Source: Candidatus Poribacteria bacterium
Lineage (GTDB): Bacteria; Poribacteria; WGA-4E; WGA-3G
Assembly (NCBI GenBank): GCA_022827885.1
Contig: JAJEIP010000066.1
Coordinates: forward strand, 33,847 to 97,846
Reading direction: 5' to 3'
Length of the DNA stretch: 64,000 nucleotides
In this document: one piece after another, positions 41,504 to 52,080 of the stretch
Layout of the letters: the number at the start of each line of letters is the position of its first letter
Numbering within the stretch: the stretch's first letter is position 1
Translations under genes and position numbers: made by a program
The notes under the pieces: generated by a model
The model's input: the letters and a program-made list of their open reading frames with translations, nothing else
The model's database searches: none
Told to the model about the DNA's origin: nothing

Positions 41504-41602
41504 TATGTTTTTCCTCTCATCAGCTGCGGGGCACCAATAGATAAACCACTATTACTATACGCTCGCCCCTATTTGCGATAGATGGCTTCAATCTTAGAAA
41601 AT

Positions 41603-41875
41603 TTAGGGGGCGACTTGGCTTTGGAGCCGATGCGTGCTTTGGGTCACTAACTGAGGCTCAATTTCGATCCGGATGACCTCAAAACCTGATTCTGTAACAT
41701 TCATCAGGGCAGAATCAATAGCCTCCTCTAAGGATGAAGCTTCCCGGTGAAAGCGAATTTGCGGAACACCGACACTTGTGGCGAGTGTCGCGTCGTTAAA
41801 AACGCCAAATAACCTATCAGCCTCCTCCTCAGTAGGTTCAGTCGTTAAAATGAGTGTGAACTCATGCACTTTCAT
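41603..41875 (-). CDS. Small hypothetical protein (possible HicB-like antitoxin fold, orphan)
   Basis: EFTLIL..ADRLF...FHREASSLEEAIDSA pattern; GGAG RBS. Confidence 0.5.
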   Translation of the reverse strand: MKVHEFTLILTTEPTEEEADRLFGVFNDATLATSVGVPQIRFHREASSLEEAIDSALMNVTESGFEVIRIEIEPQLVTQSTHRLQSQVAP

Positions 41876-41983
41876 AGTAAGTTTCTCCGTTATTAAAGGA
41901 CATCCAGCAAACTAAAGTCTGTTTAAATCTTTTTGATGGACGGGCCAGAATGCAAGACTACTGCCCCGTCACAGCCATTTCTG

Positions 41984-42268
41984 TCAAACGTATTTTCGCT
42001 TCTTTCGCGAGATAAACACAATAACAATAATGGCAACAATCGTAATTGGCAGCCAGAACGCTTCAAAAATTTCCCAGAAAAAGTTAAATCCGATCCAAAG
42101 TAGGACTTCAATCCCAACGATAAGGGCTGTTTTGTTCCACGGAAAGGCGGCACCATACTGTTTCTGCAATCGACTGGCATATATCCACGAGACCACCAAA
42201 GTCCCAACAATCGCTACGAAGAATAGAAGGTTGACGAGCCCTTGGATGCCGTTTAAAATGCTTAACAT
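41984..42268 (-). CDS. Small membrane protein
   Basis: Three hydrophobic segments and basic tail RKKRKYV; start at ATG 42268. Confidence 0.6.
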   Translation of the reverse strand: MLSILNGIQGLVNLLFFVAIVGTLVVSWIYASRLQKQYGAAFPWNKTALIVGIEVLLWIGFNFFWEIFEAFWLPITIVAIIVIVFISRKKRKYV

Positions 42269-42280
42269 AAGAGTTTCGCT

Positions 42281-42404
42281 CCTTTGTAAGAGGGCTTTGT
42301 AAGCCCGATTTCCTTTTATCCCTATAGAGACACGGCATCCCAAAAAGATAGCAAAAACTACCCGACGCGCCTTTGTGGGAGGGCTTTGTAAGCCCGATTT
42401 CCTT
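42281..42404 (+). repeat. Two 35-bp direct REP-like repeats (CCTTTGTRRGAGGGCTTTGTAAGCCCGATTTCCTT)
   Basis: Copies at 42281-42315 and 42370-42404; same architecture as the 24-bp units at 20721. Confidence 0.8.
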
Positions 42405-43239
42405 ATTGACACTGAACACGTTCTGGGCAACTATAGACCGCCATACTCTGCCCCCGCATGAAACCTATCAAGGTAAGGTTACCCTCTGTGGCGAGATCTA
42501 CAGCGAGTGTAGATGCCGCTGAGACAGCGACGATAATCGGGATACGTGCAAAAAGCGCTTTCTGGACGATTTCAAAACTGGCGCGTCCACTGACCATCAA
42601 GATATATCGATCCAGCGGCACCAAGTCAGTTAGTAAGGCGTGTCCGATCACTTTATCGACAGCGTTATGTCTGCCTATGTCCTCCCTGATAATCAGGAGT
42701 TCACCGTTTTCGTCGAATAATCCAGCGGCGTGGAGCCCACCCGTCCTTTCAAAAACGGATTGCGCTTTTCTTAACCGATCGTTGAGTTTATAGAAAAGCG
42801 TGTGATTGACATGGAACCCTGAATTCAGCGGTTGCACCTGCTGTCTAACGGATTCAATCGTCATTTTGCCACAGAGTCCGCAACTCGCATTTGCATGGAA
42901 ATTCCGCTGCCACCCCGATTCGGCATCGAGGTCCAGTTCCTCCGTAAGACGAACGTTGACGATATTCTGCAACGGCGATAAACCAGAAGACTCCGTTTCA
43001 GAGGGATCTTCATCACAGTAGGCAATGATTTCGATGTCATCACCGGAAGCGATGAGGCTTTCCGTATAAAGAAACCCCGCGGCGAGTTCAAAGTCGTGTC
43101 CAGGGGTCCGCATCACAACGATCAAACTCTGTTGTCCCACCCGAATCTCAAGTGGTTCCTCAACAACCAACTCGTCTTCGATCTGCGTGGGTTCAGTCGA
43201 TGCCCAACGTGTAATAAGTTTTGTGCATGTTGGTTGCAT
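42403..43239 (-). CDS. fdhD: Formate dehydrogenase accessory sulfurtransferase
   Basis: VEEPLEI, MRTPGHDFELAAGFL, SCGLCGK, TGGLHAAG, REDIGRHNAVDKVIG, SGRASFE. Confidence 0.95.
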   Translation of the reverse strand: MQPTCTKLITRWASTEPTQIEDELVVEEPLEIRVGQQSLIVVMRTPGHDFELAAGFLYTESLIASGDDIEIIAYCDEDPSETESSGLSPLQNIVNVRLTEELDLDAESGWQRNFHANASCGLCGKMTIESVRQQVQPLNSGFHVNHTLFYKLNDRLRKAQSVFERTGGLHAAGLFDENGELLIIREDIGRHNAVDKVIGHALLTDLVPLDRYILMVSGRASFEIVQKALFARIPIIVAVSAASTLAVDLATEGNLTLIGFMRGQSMAVYSCPERVQCQ

Positions 43240-43286
43240 TTTTTAAATTTACCTTGTGGTTAAGGCAAGGCGTTCACCGAGGAAGC

Positions 43287-45359
43287 TTATTGCGCGTTCA
43301 TGGTTGCTAAGCCATTGGAAGTCGCTAACCAGACTCTATTGTTCACTACAACGAGAGATTTTACTATCAATTCACCCGTGAGTATCTGAGGTGTCGTTGT
43401 GTACTGCCATACATCGGCAGAACGCGTCTGGTGTGTATACAGGTCTTTATTCGTTGCTATCCACAAGACCAACGGAATTTGTGGCGTGGGCGGAGGGGGT
43501 TCAGTTTCTAACCCTTCCGTTTCCGGTTCAATTTCTAATCCGTCTGCTTCTGATGAAAATTCAGGGAGCGTCGGATCCGGTGTTTCTTCCGGTAAGGGCT
43601 CCGGTTCCGCTTTCGGTATAGGTGAAGTATCCAGAGCGCCTCTGATGTAGATATGCCTTAAATCGTTTTCATTTTCTATACCTGTGTCAAGTGTCGTCGA
43701 TTTTCCATTGCTGCCGTCCATGTCTGCTCGAAAGTAACCGTTGGATTTTTCATCGGCATTGAACCATGTAAAGAGCAACTGCTCTTCTGCAATATCAAGT
43801 CCTACAACCTTCATACCGGCTCGGATTTCTGTAGAGTGATAGGAGTCCCACTCCTCTTTTTCCCGGTCGAACATGATGACATCTCCTGCTGCTGAAGCAC
43901 TCCAAACCGTTTGAGGCGTTAGCAACAAGGTCTCAATGTTGTCTGCTGGTAAAAGACTATTATGGGTATTGTAATAGAGAAACGGGTCAACGCTGCCGCG
44001 GATCCGTCGTATGATGCCGGCGTCTGTGGCGAACCAAATCTCCGCTGCATCCATTTTTATGTCCTTAATCCAGGCAGGAAATCCTTCTGCTGGGGAATAG
44101 TTTATGATTCTACCCGTTAGATGACTGTAGTGAATCGCGCCTTGGGAACGCGTACCGATCCACGTTTCTTGCGAGTTTGCTGCGATGGCTGTAACATCCG
44201 GCACATTTCCCAAAGCAGTGTTAATAAGTTCGGCAACGGGTTCAAACGGTATCCATTTGTCATACGCAGTCTCGAAGAGCATCAACCCTTTTGGTGTTCC
44301 GATCCAGAGCCGGGTGCCATCGGTCGTCATGGTTTGGATGTGGTTGTCGGGGAGCCCGCTTGCGTCGGTGTAAACCGTCCATTTCGTCTGATCCAAGATC
44401 TTTTTTGCCTGTTCCTTTATCGCCGCATCTTCACTAATCTCGCTGACGTGAATCGCTTCATTCGCCGCTGCTTCCAGTCTACCCAATTTTAAGTAGGTCG
44501 ATGCACGGATGAGGTGTGCTTCATAAATCCATTCGCTCTCTGGATAGTGGGTAACAAATCTGTCTAAGGTATGGAGCGCATTTTCCTGCTGACCCATATC
44601 TGCTTGTAGTTTTCCAATCAGGAAAAGTGCTTTTTCGTGGAACGCCATGTCGGGATAATCTGTGATTGCAGCTTCGAGAAGGGATAATCCGGCACTGGGA
44701 TTCTCCAGTTCTTCGACGAGTAGGAAGCCGGTGAGATATTTCAACACGGATACGTCGGGGTGATCTGGGTAATAGGTGAGAATCAGTTGGTAGTTATCCG
44801 CTGCTATATCGTATGCTTCATTGGCAAAGGCAATATCCCCGAGTTCATGCAGGAGTGGCACGAGGTCGAAACTCGGGGCATCAAGGATGGCGACAGAACG
44901 GAATCGTTCCAATGCGTTGGCATTGTCCCCATTTGCTCGGTAAAGTAATCCGAGTTGGTAGTGGGCATCTGGGTATTTTGGGAATTCTTCGATAGCGGCT
45001 TCAAATCGTTTTTGTGCTTTTTCGGGTAGTCCCAACTCCAGCAATGTAAGTCCGTTGCGAAAATACTTTGCAGCGGTTCGATCCGGAACGTGCGCCAAAT
45101 CTGACGTGAAATTGAGGGTGTGTCCTGCCAATGGGAATTGTAATACCTGCCCATTATATTCGATTTCAAAGTGGGTATCCGTGGAACCACGCCAATTGCC
45201 GGTGAGTCTATCCCCGTTTTCACTTTCCACAATGACGTATTGCTCACTATAGGCAGAATGCTGAGAAGCGAGCAGGATGGCTACTGCCATCAATGTAAGA
45301 AGACAATGAACTTTCTGTTTTTTAACCTGCGTGTTTTTTGTGGGTTTCTGCTGTGACAT
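43287..45359 (-). CDS. Secreted TPR plus beta-propeller (two-component regulator propeller-like) protein
   Basis: Signal peptide, BamD/YfiO-like TPRs, then GLPDNHI, LWIGTPKGL, VWLATSNGL repeats. Confidence 0.75.
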   Translation of the reverse strand: MSQQKPTKNTQVKKQKVHCLLTLMAVAILLASQHSAYSEQYVIVESENGDRLTGNWRGSTDTHFEIEYNGQVLQFPLAGHTLNFTSDLAHVPDRTAAKYFRNGLTLLELGLPEKAQKRFEAAIEEFPKYPDAHYQLGLLYRANGDNANALERFRSVAILDAPSFDLVPLLHELGDIAFANEAYDIAADNYQLILTYYPDHPDVSVLKYLTGFLLVEELENPSAGLSLLEAAITDYPDMAFHEKALFLIGKLQADMGQQENALHTLDRFVTHYPESEWIYEAHLIRASTYLKLGRLEAAANEAIHVSEISEDAAIKEQAKKILDQTKWTVYTDASGLPDNHIQTMTTDGTRLWIGTPKGLMLFETAYDKWIPFEPVAELINTALGNVPDVTAIAANSQETWIGTRSQGAIHYSHLTGRIINYSPAEGFPAWIKDIKMDAAEIWFATDAGIIRRIRGSVDPFLYYNTHNSLLPADNIETLLLTPQTVWSASAAGDVIMFDREKEEWDSYHSTEIRAGMKVVGLDIAEEQLLFTWFNADEKSNGYFRADMDGSNGKSTTLDTGIENENDLRHIYIRGALDTSPIPKAEPEPLPEETPDPTLPEFSSEADGLEIEPETEGLETEPPPPTPQIPLVLWIATNKDLYTHQTRSADVWQYTTTPQILTGELIVKSLVVVNNRVWLATSNGLATMNAQ

Positions 45360-45616
45360 AATTTATTTACCTTTTTTTATAGTTTTCAGTACTGATAACT
45401 GATAACCATTTTATAGGGTTATAATATCAGAAACACCCAGAAAAGTCAAGGGCGTTTGAGACACGTTCAACCCTTCAATTCCCCGTAGAAGGGATCTCTG
45501 AATTTCAATGCTTACGAACCATTTCCTCACCTCGCCTTCTGATGACTGACAACTGAAAACGGGTAACTGAAAAACCGTGCTTGATACTGAATCCGCTATC
45601 CGATATAATACCTGTC

Positions 45617-48007
45617 ATGAACGACATCGCGCTTCCGATTACAAAATTAAAAGAGACGTTTCGGACGGCAATCGCAGCGGGCCCTGTGGTGGTTGTCGCG
45701 CCGACCGGTAGCGGAAAATCCACACAAATCCCGCCGTGGTGTGCTGAACTGTCGGATGCTCCAGTCCTTGTTGTTGAACCGAGACGGGTCGCATGCCGTT
45801 CACTCGCACGGTGGGTAGCAAAACAGCGTGGAGAACCCTTAGGGCATTCTGTCGGTTATACTGTCCGCTTTGAAGATGTTGGTTCCGATGCTTTAACCCG
45901 TATCCGTTTCGTCACACCCGGTGTCGCTTTGCGATATGCTGCGGGACGGGAGTTGGATCAATATGGGACCATCATCTTGGACGAATTCCACGAACGCGGT
46001 GTTGAAGCAGATCTCTTTCTCGCGATATGCCGAAAAAAACGGCGCGATGCGAAGCTCGTTATCATGTCCGCCACGATAGCCGCGCAGCACCTCGCACGGT
46101 TTATTGGTGGACAGGTGCTACAGGCGGAGGGACGGGTCTATCCCGTTGGCGTGCAATATCTCGGTGGGACAGGCGTCCCGACATCCCGCGATTTAGTGGA
46201 ACGTCTTGAAAGAGGGGTGCGTCGCGCCCTCAAAGAGACCCCCGGAAATGTCTTGGTGTTCCTACCCGGAAAGGGTGAGATCAATGAGTGCCACGATGCA
46301 CTTCGCAAGATGCGGCATATTGAGATTGTTCCACTGCACGGTGATCTGTCCCCCGATGCACAGGACATAGCATTCGAGACGCATTCCCAACGCCGCCGGG
46401 TCATTCTCGCAACCAACGTCGCTGAAACGTCAATCACACTTCCCGGTGTCACTGCCGTTGTGGATACGGGTTTAGTGCGCCAGCGTATCCATCAAAACCG
46501 ACGTATTGTTTTAGCGTTGCGTCCGATCTCGCAAGCGTCGGCCGAGCAGCGTCGCGGACGAGCAGGTCGCCTCGGACCCGGAATCTGCTACAGGCTCTGG
46601 GAGGAACACGGACAACTTGAACAGGAAACACTCCCGGAGGTGCGGCGAGAGGATTTGACGCAATTCGTGCTAACGGTCGCCTCAACCGGCTATCGTCCAC
46701 AGGATTTGACGTTTCTTGATGCGCCACCTGATTTCGCAGTGGAACGTGCGCAAGCCGCGTTGAAAAGTTGGGGGGTCCTCTCTGACGATGGCATGCTCAC
46801 AACCGAAGGAGCCAAGATCTGTGCGTTACCTGTCAATCCGCTCCATGCTCGGTTGCTCGTAAAAGCTCCACCCTTTCTTCGACGCGATCTGATCGATTTG
46901 ATTGCCACTCTGGAACGTCCCGCCCCCTTATGGCAGCGTATGGCACGTATGCCGATTGAAAAGCAGGAAACTGTTCAGACTGCACGTCAGAAAGACCTAT
47001 TTCGCGATGGATGTGATGCAACGACAGCGATCCGAACGTTACGCTGCGGCGATGAGAAACGCCATCATCTCCATAGAACCGCCATTGCCGAGTGCCGCAG
47101 GATTGCGACGCAACTCAGGGCTTTCTTTCAGCTGCCTCCTGTAATGCAAGAGAACACATCACCCCAACCTGACCGAGCCGCGCTGATCGCTTATCTTTTA
47201 CGTGAGTGGGACGCTGCTGCTTACGTCCGCAGACGAAAGGGGAAGGCATGGGGAAACGGACAGGCGGAGGTTTTGCTTGATTCCGATTCACTTCTTCCGG
47301 AAGGACAGCCCGCCGCGCTGATCTTGGAAACCGTTGGTGTTGGCAAAGGCACACGCGTTCAATTGCTCGGACGCACTGCCATGCCTTGCGCTTTTGCCGC
47401 CCTCGTCGATGCTGGGATTGGCACTTCACACCTTGCCGCACCCAGAGTGGAGGGTGAAGACATTGTTGCGGAGGTGGTAACCGAATATGCAGGAAGAGAG
47501 ATCGGGCGCGAACGTCGGCCCCTTCACGGGGCATTGCTGAGAGATGCGCTGGCATCCCTCATTCTTTCTGGAGATCTGTTCCCCGGAGTTGCGGAACACC
47601 TCACACGAGCGATTGAGGCGTGGCAGCTGCAGTGTGCCCTCAACCCTGATCCGCCTCCCGCGGAAACCGTAGGTGTGACACCCCACACATGGTTGGTCTC
47701 ACGACTCGCGCTGTTGGGTGTCGAAGTCGCAGCGGAATGCCAACTCCTCTCTGTGGACGATCTGGTGTTCACTGATATAGACGCTGACACCATCACTGAA
47801 ATTGAAGCGCAATATCCGAAAGAATTCTCTGTCAACGGTGCTAAGTTCGATGTAGAATACAATCCCGCCCAAAAATTGGTAACGTTGCGATGGCAGCGCG
47901 GCATCCGTCAACCCACATTGAGCACAGTCCTGCTACCCCGCTGGAACAATTGGAAAGTCCAAGTTGATCTCCGGGGGCAGCTGCGGACGGTGCGGCCCCC
48001 TTCTTAA
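45617..48007 (+). CDS. DEAH-box ATP-dependent helicase, HrpB-like
   Basis: APTGSGKST, EPRRVA, LDEFHER, MSAT, LATNVAETSIT, QRRGRAGRLGPG. Confidence 0.9.
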   Translation: MNDIALPITKLKETFRTAIAAGPVVVVAPTGSGKSTQIPPWCAELSDAPVLVVEPRRVACRSLARWVAKQRGEPLGHSVGYTVRFEDVGSDALTRIRFVTPGVALRYAAGRELDQYGTIILDEFHERGVEADLFLAICRKKRRDAKLVIMSATIAAQHLARFIGGQVLQAEGRVYPVGVQYLGGTGVPTSRDLVERLERGVRRALKETPGNVLVFLPGKGEINECHDALRKMRHIEIVPLHGDLSPDAQDIAFETHSQRRRVILATNVAETSITLPGVTAVVDTGLVRQRIHQNRRIVLALRPISQASAEQRRGRAGRLGPGICYRLWEEHGQLEQETLPEVRREDLTQFVLTVASTGYRPQDLTFLDAPPDFAVERAQAALKSWGVLSDDGMLTTEGAKICALPVNPLHARLLVKAPPFLRRDLIDLIATLERPAPLWQRMARMPIEKQETVQTARQKDLFRDGCDATTAIRTLRCGDEKRHHLHRTAIAECRRIATQLRAFFQLPPVMQENTSPQPDRAALIAYLLREWDAAAYVRRRKGKAWGNGQAEVLLDSDSLLPEGQPAALILETVGVGKGTRVQLLGRTAMPCAFAALVDAGIGTSHLAAPRVEGEDIVAEVVTEYAGREIGRERRPLHGALLRDALASLILSGDLFPGVAEHLTRAIEAWQLQCALNPDPPPAETVGVTPHTWLVSRLALLGVEVAAECQLLSVDDLVFTDIDADTITEIEAQYPKEFSVNGAKFDVEYNPAQKLVTLRWQRGIRQPTLSTVLLPRWNNWKVQVDLRGQLRTVRPPS

Positions 48008-48966
48008 TCCGCTTTCATTTTTCCCCACACTGTGGTAAGCAACTGCGGTTGCGGTGCAACAGGCAACGTCACAAATGCTGGATCGAACCAAGAGGGTGTC
48101 ATGTTTAAACCACGACGCGTCAGTTGTTTTTTCCGTCGAGTCTGCAAATCAATTGTGACAATTTGACGATCCCCGTCTACGGCTTCCTCCGTATAAACCA
48201 GTTTTTCGCCATCCGGTGACCACGCCAATCGAAAAATACCCAGCGCAGGTTTACCAATTTGCTTCAATCCGCTCCCATCGCGATTTGCAACATGAATTGT
48301 GTCCCTATCGCCCAGGCCCCATTTTAACCAAGAAAACGCCAGTTTTGTCCCATCTGGGGACCACGCCGGACCGTACATCCACGACGCTTCATTCGGTAGA
48401 AACGCTCGTTTTTTCCGAGAACGGAGTTCCGCAATGTATATCCGACGACTATGTGCGCCAGCAACGAACGCGATCTCCTCTCCATCCGGGGACCACGATG
48501 GATTACCACCCTGTATCTCCGCCAAAGCCACCTGAACGCCACCGATACCGTGTATCGTCCCGGTTTGGATGCTCCATTGCGGCATTTCCGCATGATAAGC
48601 AATCCTTTGTCCATCCGGTGCCCATGTCGGTTCCCTTCTCTGTGTCTTTTTCTTAAAAACCCGTCGCACATTTCGTCCATCCGCATCCATCAGAAAGAGA
48701 TCGCGGAGGCCGTCACGGTTAGAAACAAAAAGAATGTGCTCACCTGTCGGCGACCAGACCGCGGAGAAATCACCGGCTTCATGTCGTGTTAAGTTCACCT
48801 GATCGCTGCCATCGGGATTCATAACGTAGATTTCCCAATTCCCGTCGCGATTTGATGAGAACGTAATCTTCTCAGTTTTCGGTGCCCTCGCGCATAAGGG
48901 GTAAACACTCGCTAACACGAGCGCGAAACTCAAACTACAAAGAACGAAAAAACGTATGCCCTTCAT
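48004..48966 (-). CDS. TolB-like PD40 beta-propeller protein with Poribacteria-type C-terminal tail
   Basis: FSSNRDGNWEIYVMNPDG, repeated WSPDG, PVAPQPQLLTTVWGKMK. Confidence 0.85.
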   Translation of the reverse strand: MKGIRFFVLCSLSFALVLASVYPLCARAPKTEKITFSSNRDGNWEIYVMNPDGSDQVNLTRHEAGDFSAVWSPTGEHILFVSNRDGLRDLFLMDADGRNVRRVFKKKTQRREPTWAPDGQRIAYHAEMPQWSIQTGTIHGIGGVQVALAEIQGGNPSWSPDGEEIAFVAGAHSRRIYIAELRSRKKRAFLPNEASWMYGPAWSPDGTKLAFSWLKWGLGDRDTIHVANRDGSGLKQIGKPALGIFRLAWSPDGEKLVYTEEAVDGDRQIVTIDLQTRRKKQLTRRGLNMTPSWFDPAFVTLPVAPQPQLLTTVWGKMKAD

Positions 48967-49039
48967 AAAATTTCCTCTCCTGAAATATAGCACTGATAGT
49001 GTATTCGTCTTGTATTTTCATCTACCGCCTTTGCGGTCG

Positions 49040-49414
49040 TTACCACGCTTCAGTTTGGCGTCGGTAATGTATCTTATATATAGTGCCAGCACTGTTCACG
49101 TAGACATAGGTATGATAATAATCATCGCGTCCGGTAGCCGTTTCTCCCAGTGCCGCTAATAGATTGACAACAATCTCAGCTTGTGACTCAATGTCATAAA
49201 CGAAAGTATGCCTATAGTTACCTTGACCTATGGGCGTTGACTGTTTCGGATCGGGGTTTTCCTCCAGAAATTCTTCAAAGGATTTGTCCAACCAAGGACT
49301 ATAGAAAGTTTCAACACCTTGATCATGTTCAACGGTGTGTGTCGCGCATCCGATTACCGAGAATATTAGCACACAGATGATAAACAGTGCCGTGTATTCA
49401 GATCTGCAATTCAT
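49040..49414 (-). CDS. Hypothetical lipoprotein
   Basis: SVIGC lipobox; GGAGG RBS. Confidence 0.65.
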   Translation of the reverse strand: MNCRSEYTALFIICVLIFSVIGCATHTVEHDQGVETFYSPWLDKSFEEFLEENPDPKQSTPIGQGNYRHTFVYDIESQAEIVVNLLAALGETATGRDDYYHTYVYVNSAGTIYKIHYRRQTEAW

Positions 49415-49477
49415 GGGTTCCTCCTTGGTAGTTGTATAAAAGTCTTCGTTTGTACCTGTCTTTAAACGTTGCCCGAA

Positions 49478-50149
49478 CTATTCAATCCGTTCGAAGGTGC
49501 AGCGGATGTTCCCGCGGTGGAGCCACCCGTCGGGTGCTAATATCATACCGAGATCTAAAGTTAAATCCATCTGTCCCTCTTTCATCAAGATTCTTGGTAT
49601 GTCTATCTTTAGTATTGTAGATAAGGCTTCGCCATCACTTAAAAGTACCTGCTGAGGAATGCCCTTTGCGAAATTGAATAAGAGATCCGGTATCTTGGGA
49701 CCGGAGATTGGATAGAAATGGATTCTACCACTCTTCGGTTTATCTCCCCTATAGACTGCCCGTGTTGTGTATGTTCCATGGGTCTTCGTTGCCATCTTTT
49801 CGATCTGGTAATTATAAGCGGCATCTCCACTTTTCCAAAATCGAAGTGTAAGTCCTTTAAGCCTACGGGCAGTGCGTGCGGCTTTCACTTTCAGGATCTC
49901 TTCGCTCCCACCCCGTTCCTCAACGACGAGTTCAAGAAATCGCCACTTACCAAGCATATCGTCCGATAAAAAGTCTCGGCTGCGTTTATATGTATCTTTC
50001 CGTTGGGCATCCTCGTACGCCTCACGACGGATGTCACGCTCGTTCTGCATCTTCTGATATTTCGCAGAGGTGCAACCAGTGAATACCAGAATCAGAATGT
50101 AGAATAACATTAAAGTCTCGGTCTTTATTCGATCCGTTTGAAAGTACAT
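49478..50149 (-). CDS. Lipoprotein, member 5 of the tandem paralog array (start uncertain)
   Basis: VFTGC lipobox; LGKWRFL; C-terminal GMILAPDGW...IRCTFERIE. Confidence 0.7.
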   Translation of the reverse strand: MYFQTDRIKTETLMLFYILILVFTGCTSAKYQKMQNERDIRREAYEDAQRKDTYKRSRDFLSDDMLGKWRFLELVVEERGGSEEILKVKAARTARRLKGLTLRFWKSGDAAYNYQIEKMATKTHGTYTTRAVYRGDKPKSGRIHFYPISGPKIPDLLFNFAKGIPQQVLLSDGEALSTILKIDIPRILMKEGQMDLTLDLGMILAPDGWLHRGNIRCTFERIE

Positions 50150-51003
50150 CGCAGTCCCCCCGTTCGCATCCAACCTTGCGGTGTTAAGTCCATATCCCCA
50201 TAGAGGACTAAATACAGCGTATCCTCCGTCACCGTAATCCCTGCGATTGAAGCAATTGAATAGGAATTTTTTCCGGAGGCTCTCCCTCCAATTTGTGCTC
50301 CCATTCTGCGTCTTCTTTCGGCATCCGCCTGTTTCTTTTTCGCAACCATCTGTTTGATAGGCTCGGAACCGAACAGGAACTCAAGCATCTTCGGTCCCGT
50401 CCGTCTGTTAAAACTGATAAATGGGAACGGATCGTCGCCATATCGCTTGGTGGTGATGGAACATTGACCTGTGACATTCGTGCCACGATTGCTACCACTG
50501 TAGTGATACGAGCCACGGTCCTCGGAAAATTCGATCGTCAAGTTTTTACGCGTAGAGGCGACGAGTGCCGCTTTCGCGTCGAGTATCCGCTGATTGGATT
50601 CTTCATCCTCCACCTCAATTGGCGGTAGACGGGTCGCATTTGCTTCTGGAGATTGTGGGTCTGCCTCTATGTTCGGGAGGTTTTGGAGGGTCGTCTGTTC
50701 GCCGGTAGTACCTTTAGAAGTCACCGTCGTAGATGGGGTTGATGCGTCAATTGCCTGCTGCGACATCGGGTTGATCCGCTGCGCATTCACATTACCTTTT
50801 TCCACCTCCAAGCCGACATACTGCCATTTGCCGACGAGAAGGTCTTTTACGGTTTCTTTAACCCTTTCCGGGTTGTGTTTTTGACGCGCCGCATCATAAG
50901 CCTCAATTAAACGTTCTCGTTCATACTGCGTTTCTGGGGATACCAGCGTCCCACAACTGGTGAACACGATCACCAGAATACCCACGGCTATTAATATTTT
51001 CAT
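50125..51003 (-). CDS. Lipoprotein, member 4 of the tandem paralog array
   Basis: VFTSC lipobox; VGKWQY; GDMDLTPQGWMRTGGLRCTFKRIE. Confidence 0.75.
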   Translation of the reverse strand: MKILIAVGILVIVFTSCGTLVSPETQYERERLIEAYDAARQKHNPERVKETVKDLLVGKWQYVGLEVEKGNVNAQRINPMSQQAIDASTPSTTVTSKGTTGEQTTLQNLPNIEADPQSPEANATRLPPIEVEDEESNQRILDAKAALVASTRKNLTIEFSEDRGSYHYSGSNRGTNVTGQCSITTKRYGDDPFPFISFNRRTGPKMLEFLFGSEPIKQMVAKKKQADAERRRRMGAQIGGRASGKNSYSIASIAGITVTEDTLYLVLYGDMDLTPQGWMRTGGLRCTFKRIE

Positions 51004-51090
51004 TGCTGCCCTCCTTGCTTCACACGCAGAGTTTACCAAAATCCGCGAAATCCGTCTCAATCCGCGATTCAGACAATTATAACCTATCCT

Positions 51091-52011
51091 CTATTCAATC
51101 CGCTTAAAGGCACATCGCATGCCACCCGTCCGTATCCAACCCTTCGGAGTGAGTTCCATGTCTCCGTGTAAAATTAGATAGAGCGTGTCGTCCGCCACCT
51201 CAATTCCCATTGCCGAAGTTGGGACGTAGGAGACCCCTTTGGGAGCCGCTTTTTCGCTGCCTTTTCCACCCAACTGATAGATATTTTCATCCTGATTCCA
51301 TAATGGCGGCTGGTTGGTATTTACAAAATTTTTCCCTTCAACCCGCTGCATGTTCTCGGCATAGGCTTGCTTGCCTCTGGTGGACATAAGCCGTGCGGGT
51401 TCAGACGTAAATAGGAATTCAAGCATCTTCGGACCTGTACGGCGTCTAAACCGGAGAAGCGGCAAAGGGACATCCCCGACGCGCGGCGCAATGACGTTAC
51501 ATTGCCCTGTGACCTTCCTGCCACGATTGCTACCGCGATAATAAAAGGAGGTCCGCTCCTCATAAAATTCAAGCACTAAATTTTTACGGTTCGCCGCAGC
51601 TAAAGCCATCTTCGCCGCAGCTATCTTTTGGTTGTCTTCACGCCCCTCGACTGTGATTGGTGATAATTGCACCCCATCCTTTTCAGAAACCGGATCCGCT
51701 GTCTCATGCTGAGGCACTTCGAGGGGAAGGGGTGTTTGGACACTCGCATCTGTTTCACCTTTTTCGGATTTTGGTGTCGCCGTTTCTGCGTTGACAGTCT
51801 CATTTTGGATGTCTATGCCGACAAACTGCCATTTGCCGGTCAACTGTGCCTTTATCTCACTTTTCATCTCCTCCGGGTCGAATCTCATGGGCGCATCTTC
51901 GTAATCCTCAATGGACCTATTGCTTTCCTGCTGCGCTTCTTGGTATAGCACGCTCGTACAACTCGTAAACACGACTGACACGAGGATGATGAACGGTATT
52001 AGCGTCTTCAC
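51091..52011 (-). CDS. Lipoprotein, member 3 of the tandem paralog array
   Basis: VFTSC; TGKWQF; GDMELTPKGWIRTGGMRCAFKRIE. Confidence 0.75.
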   Translation of the reverse strand: MKTLIPFIILVSVVFTSCTSVLYQEAQQESNRSIEDYEDAPMRFDPEEMKSEIKAQLTGKWQFVGIDIQNETVNAETATPKSEKGETDASVQTPLPLEVPQHETADPVSEKDGVQLSPITVEGREDNQKIAAAKMALAAANRKNLVLEFYEERTSFYYRGSNRGRKVTGQCNVIAPRVGDVPLPLLRFRRRTGPKMLEFLFTSEPARLMSTRGKQAYAENMQRVEGKNFVNTNQPPLWNQDENIYQLGGKGSEKAAPKGVSYVPTSAMGIEVADDTLYLILHGDMELTPKGWIRTGGMRCAFKRIE

Positions 52012-52080
52012 GGTTTTTTCTCCTTCGTCTGCGTAATTCGGGGTTTTTTAACCGCTCCCATAACACAGGCCTCTACACTT

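Noticed and set aside
42403-43239. fdhD as proof of selenocysteine usage
   Set aside because: FdhD serves both Cys- and Sec-type formate dehydrogenases; no sel genes are in this window
45617-48007. Helicase as part of an anti-phage defence system
   Set aside because: Ordinary HrpB-like DEAH helicase with no adjacent nuclease, methylase or other defence genes
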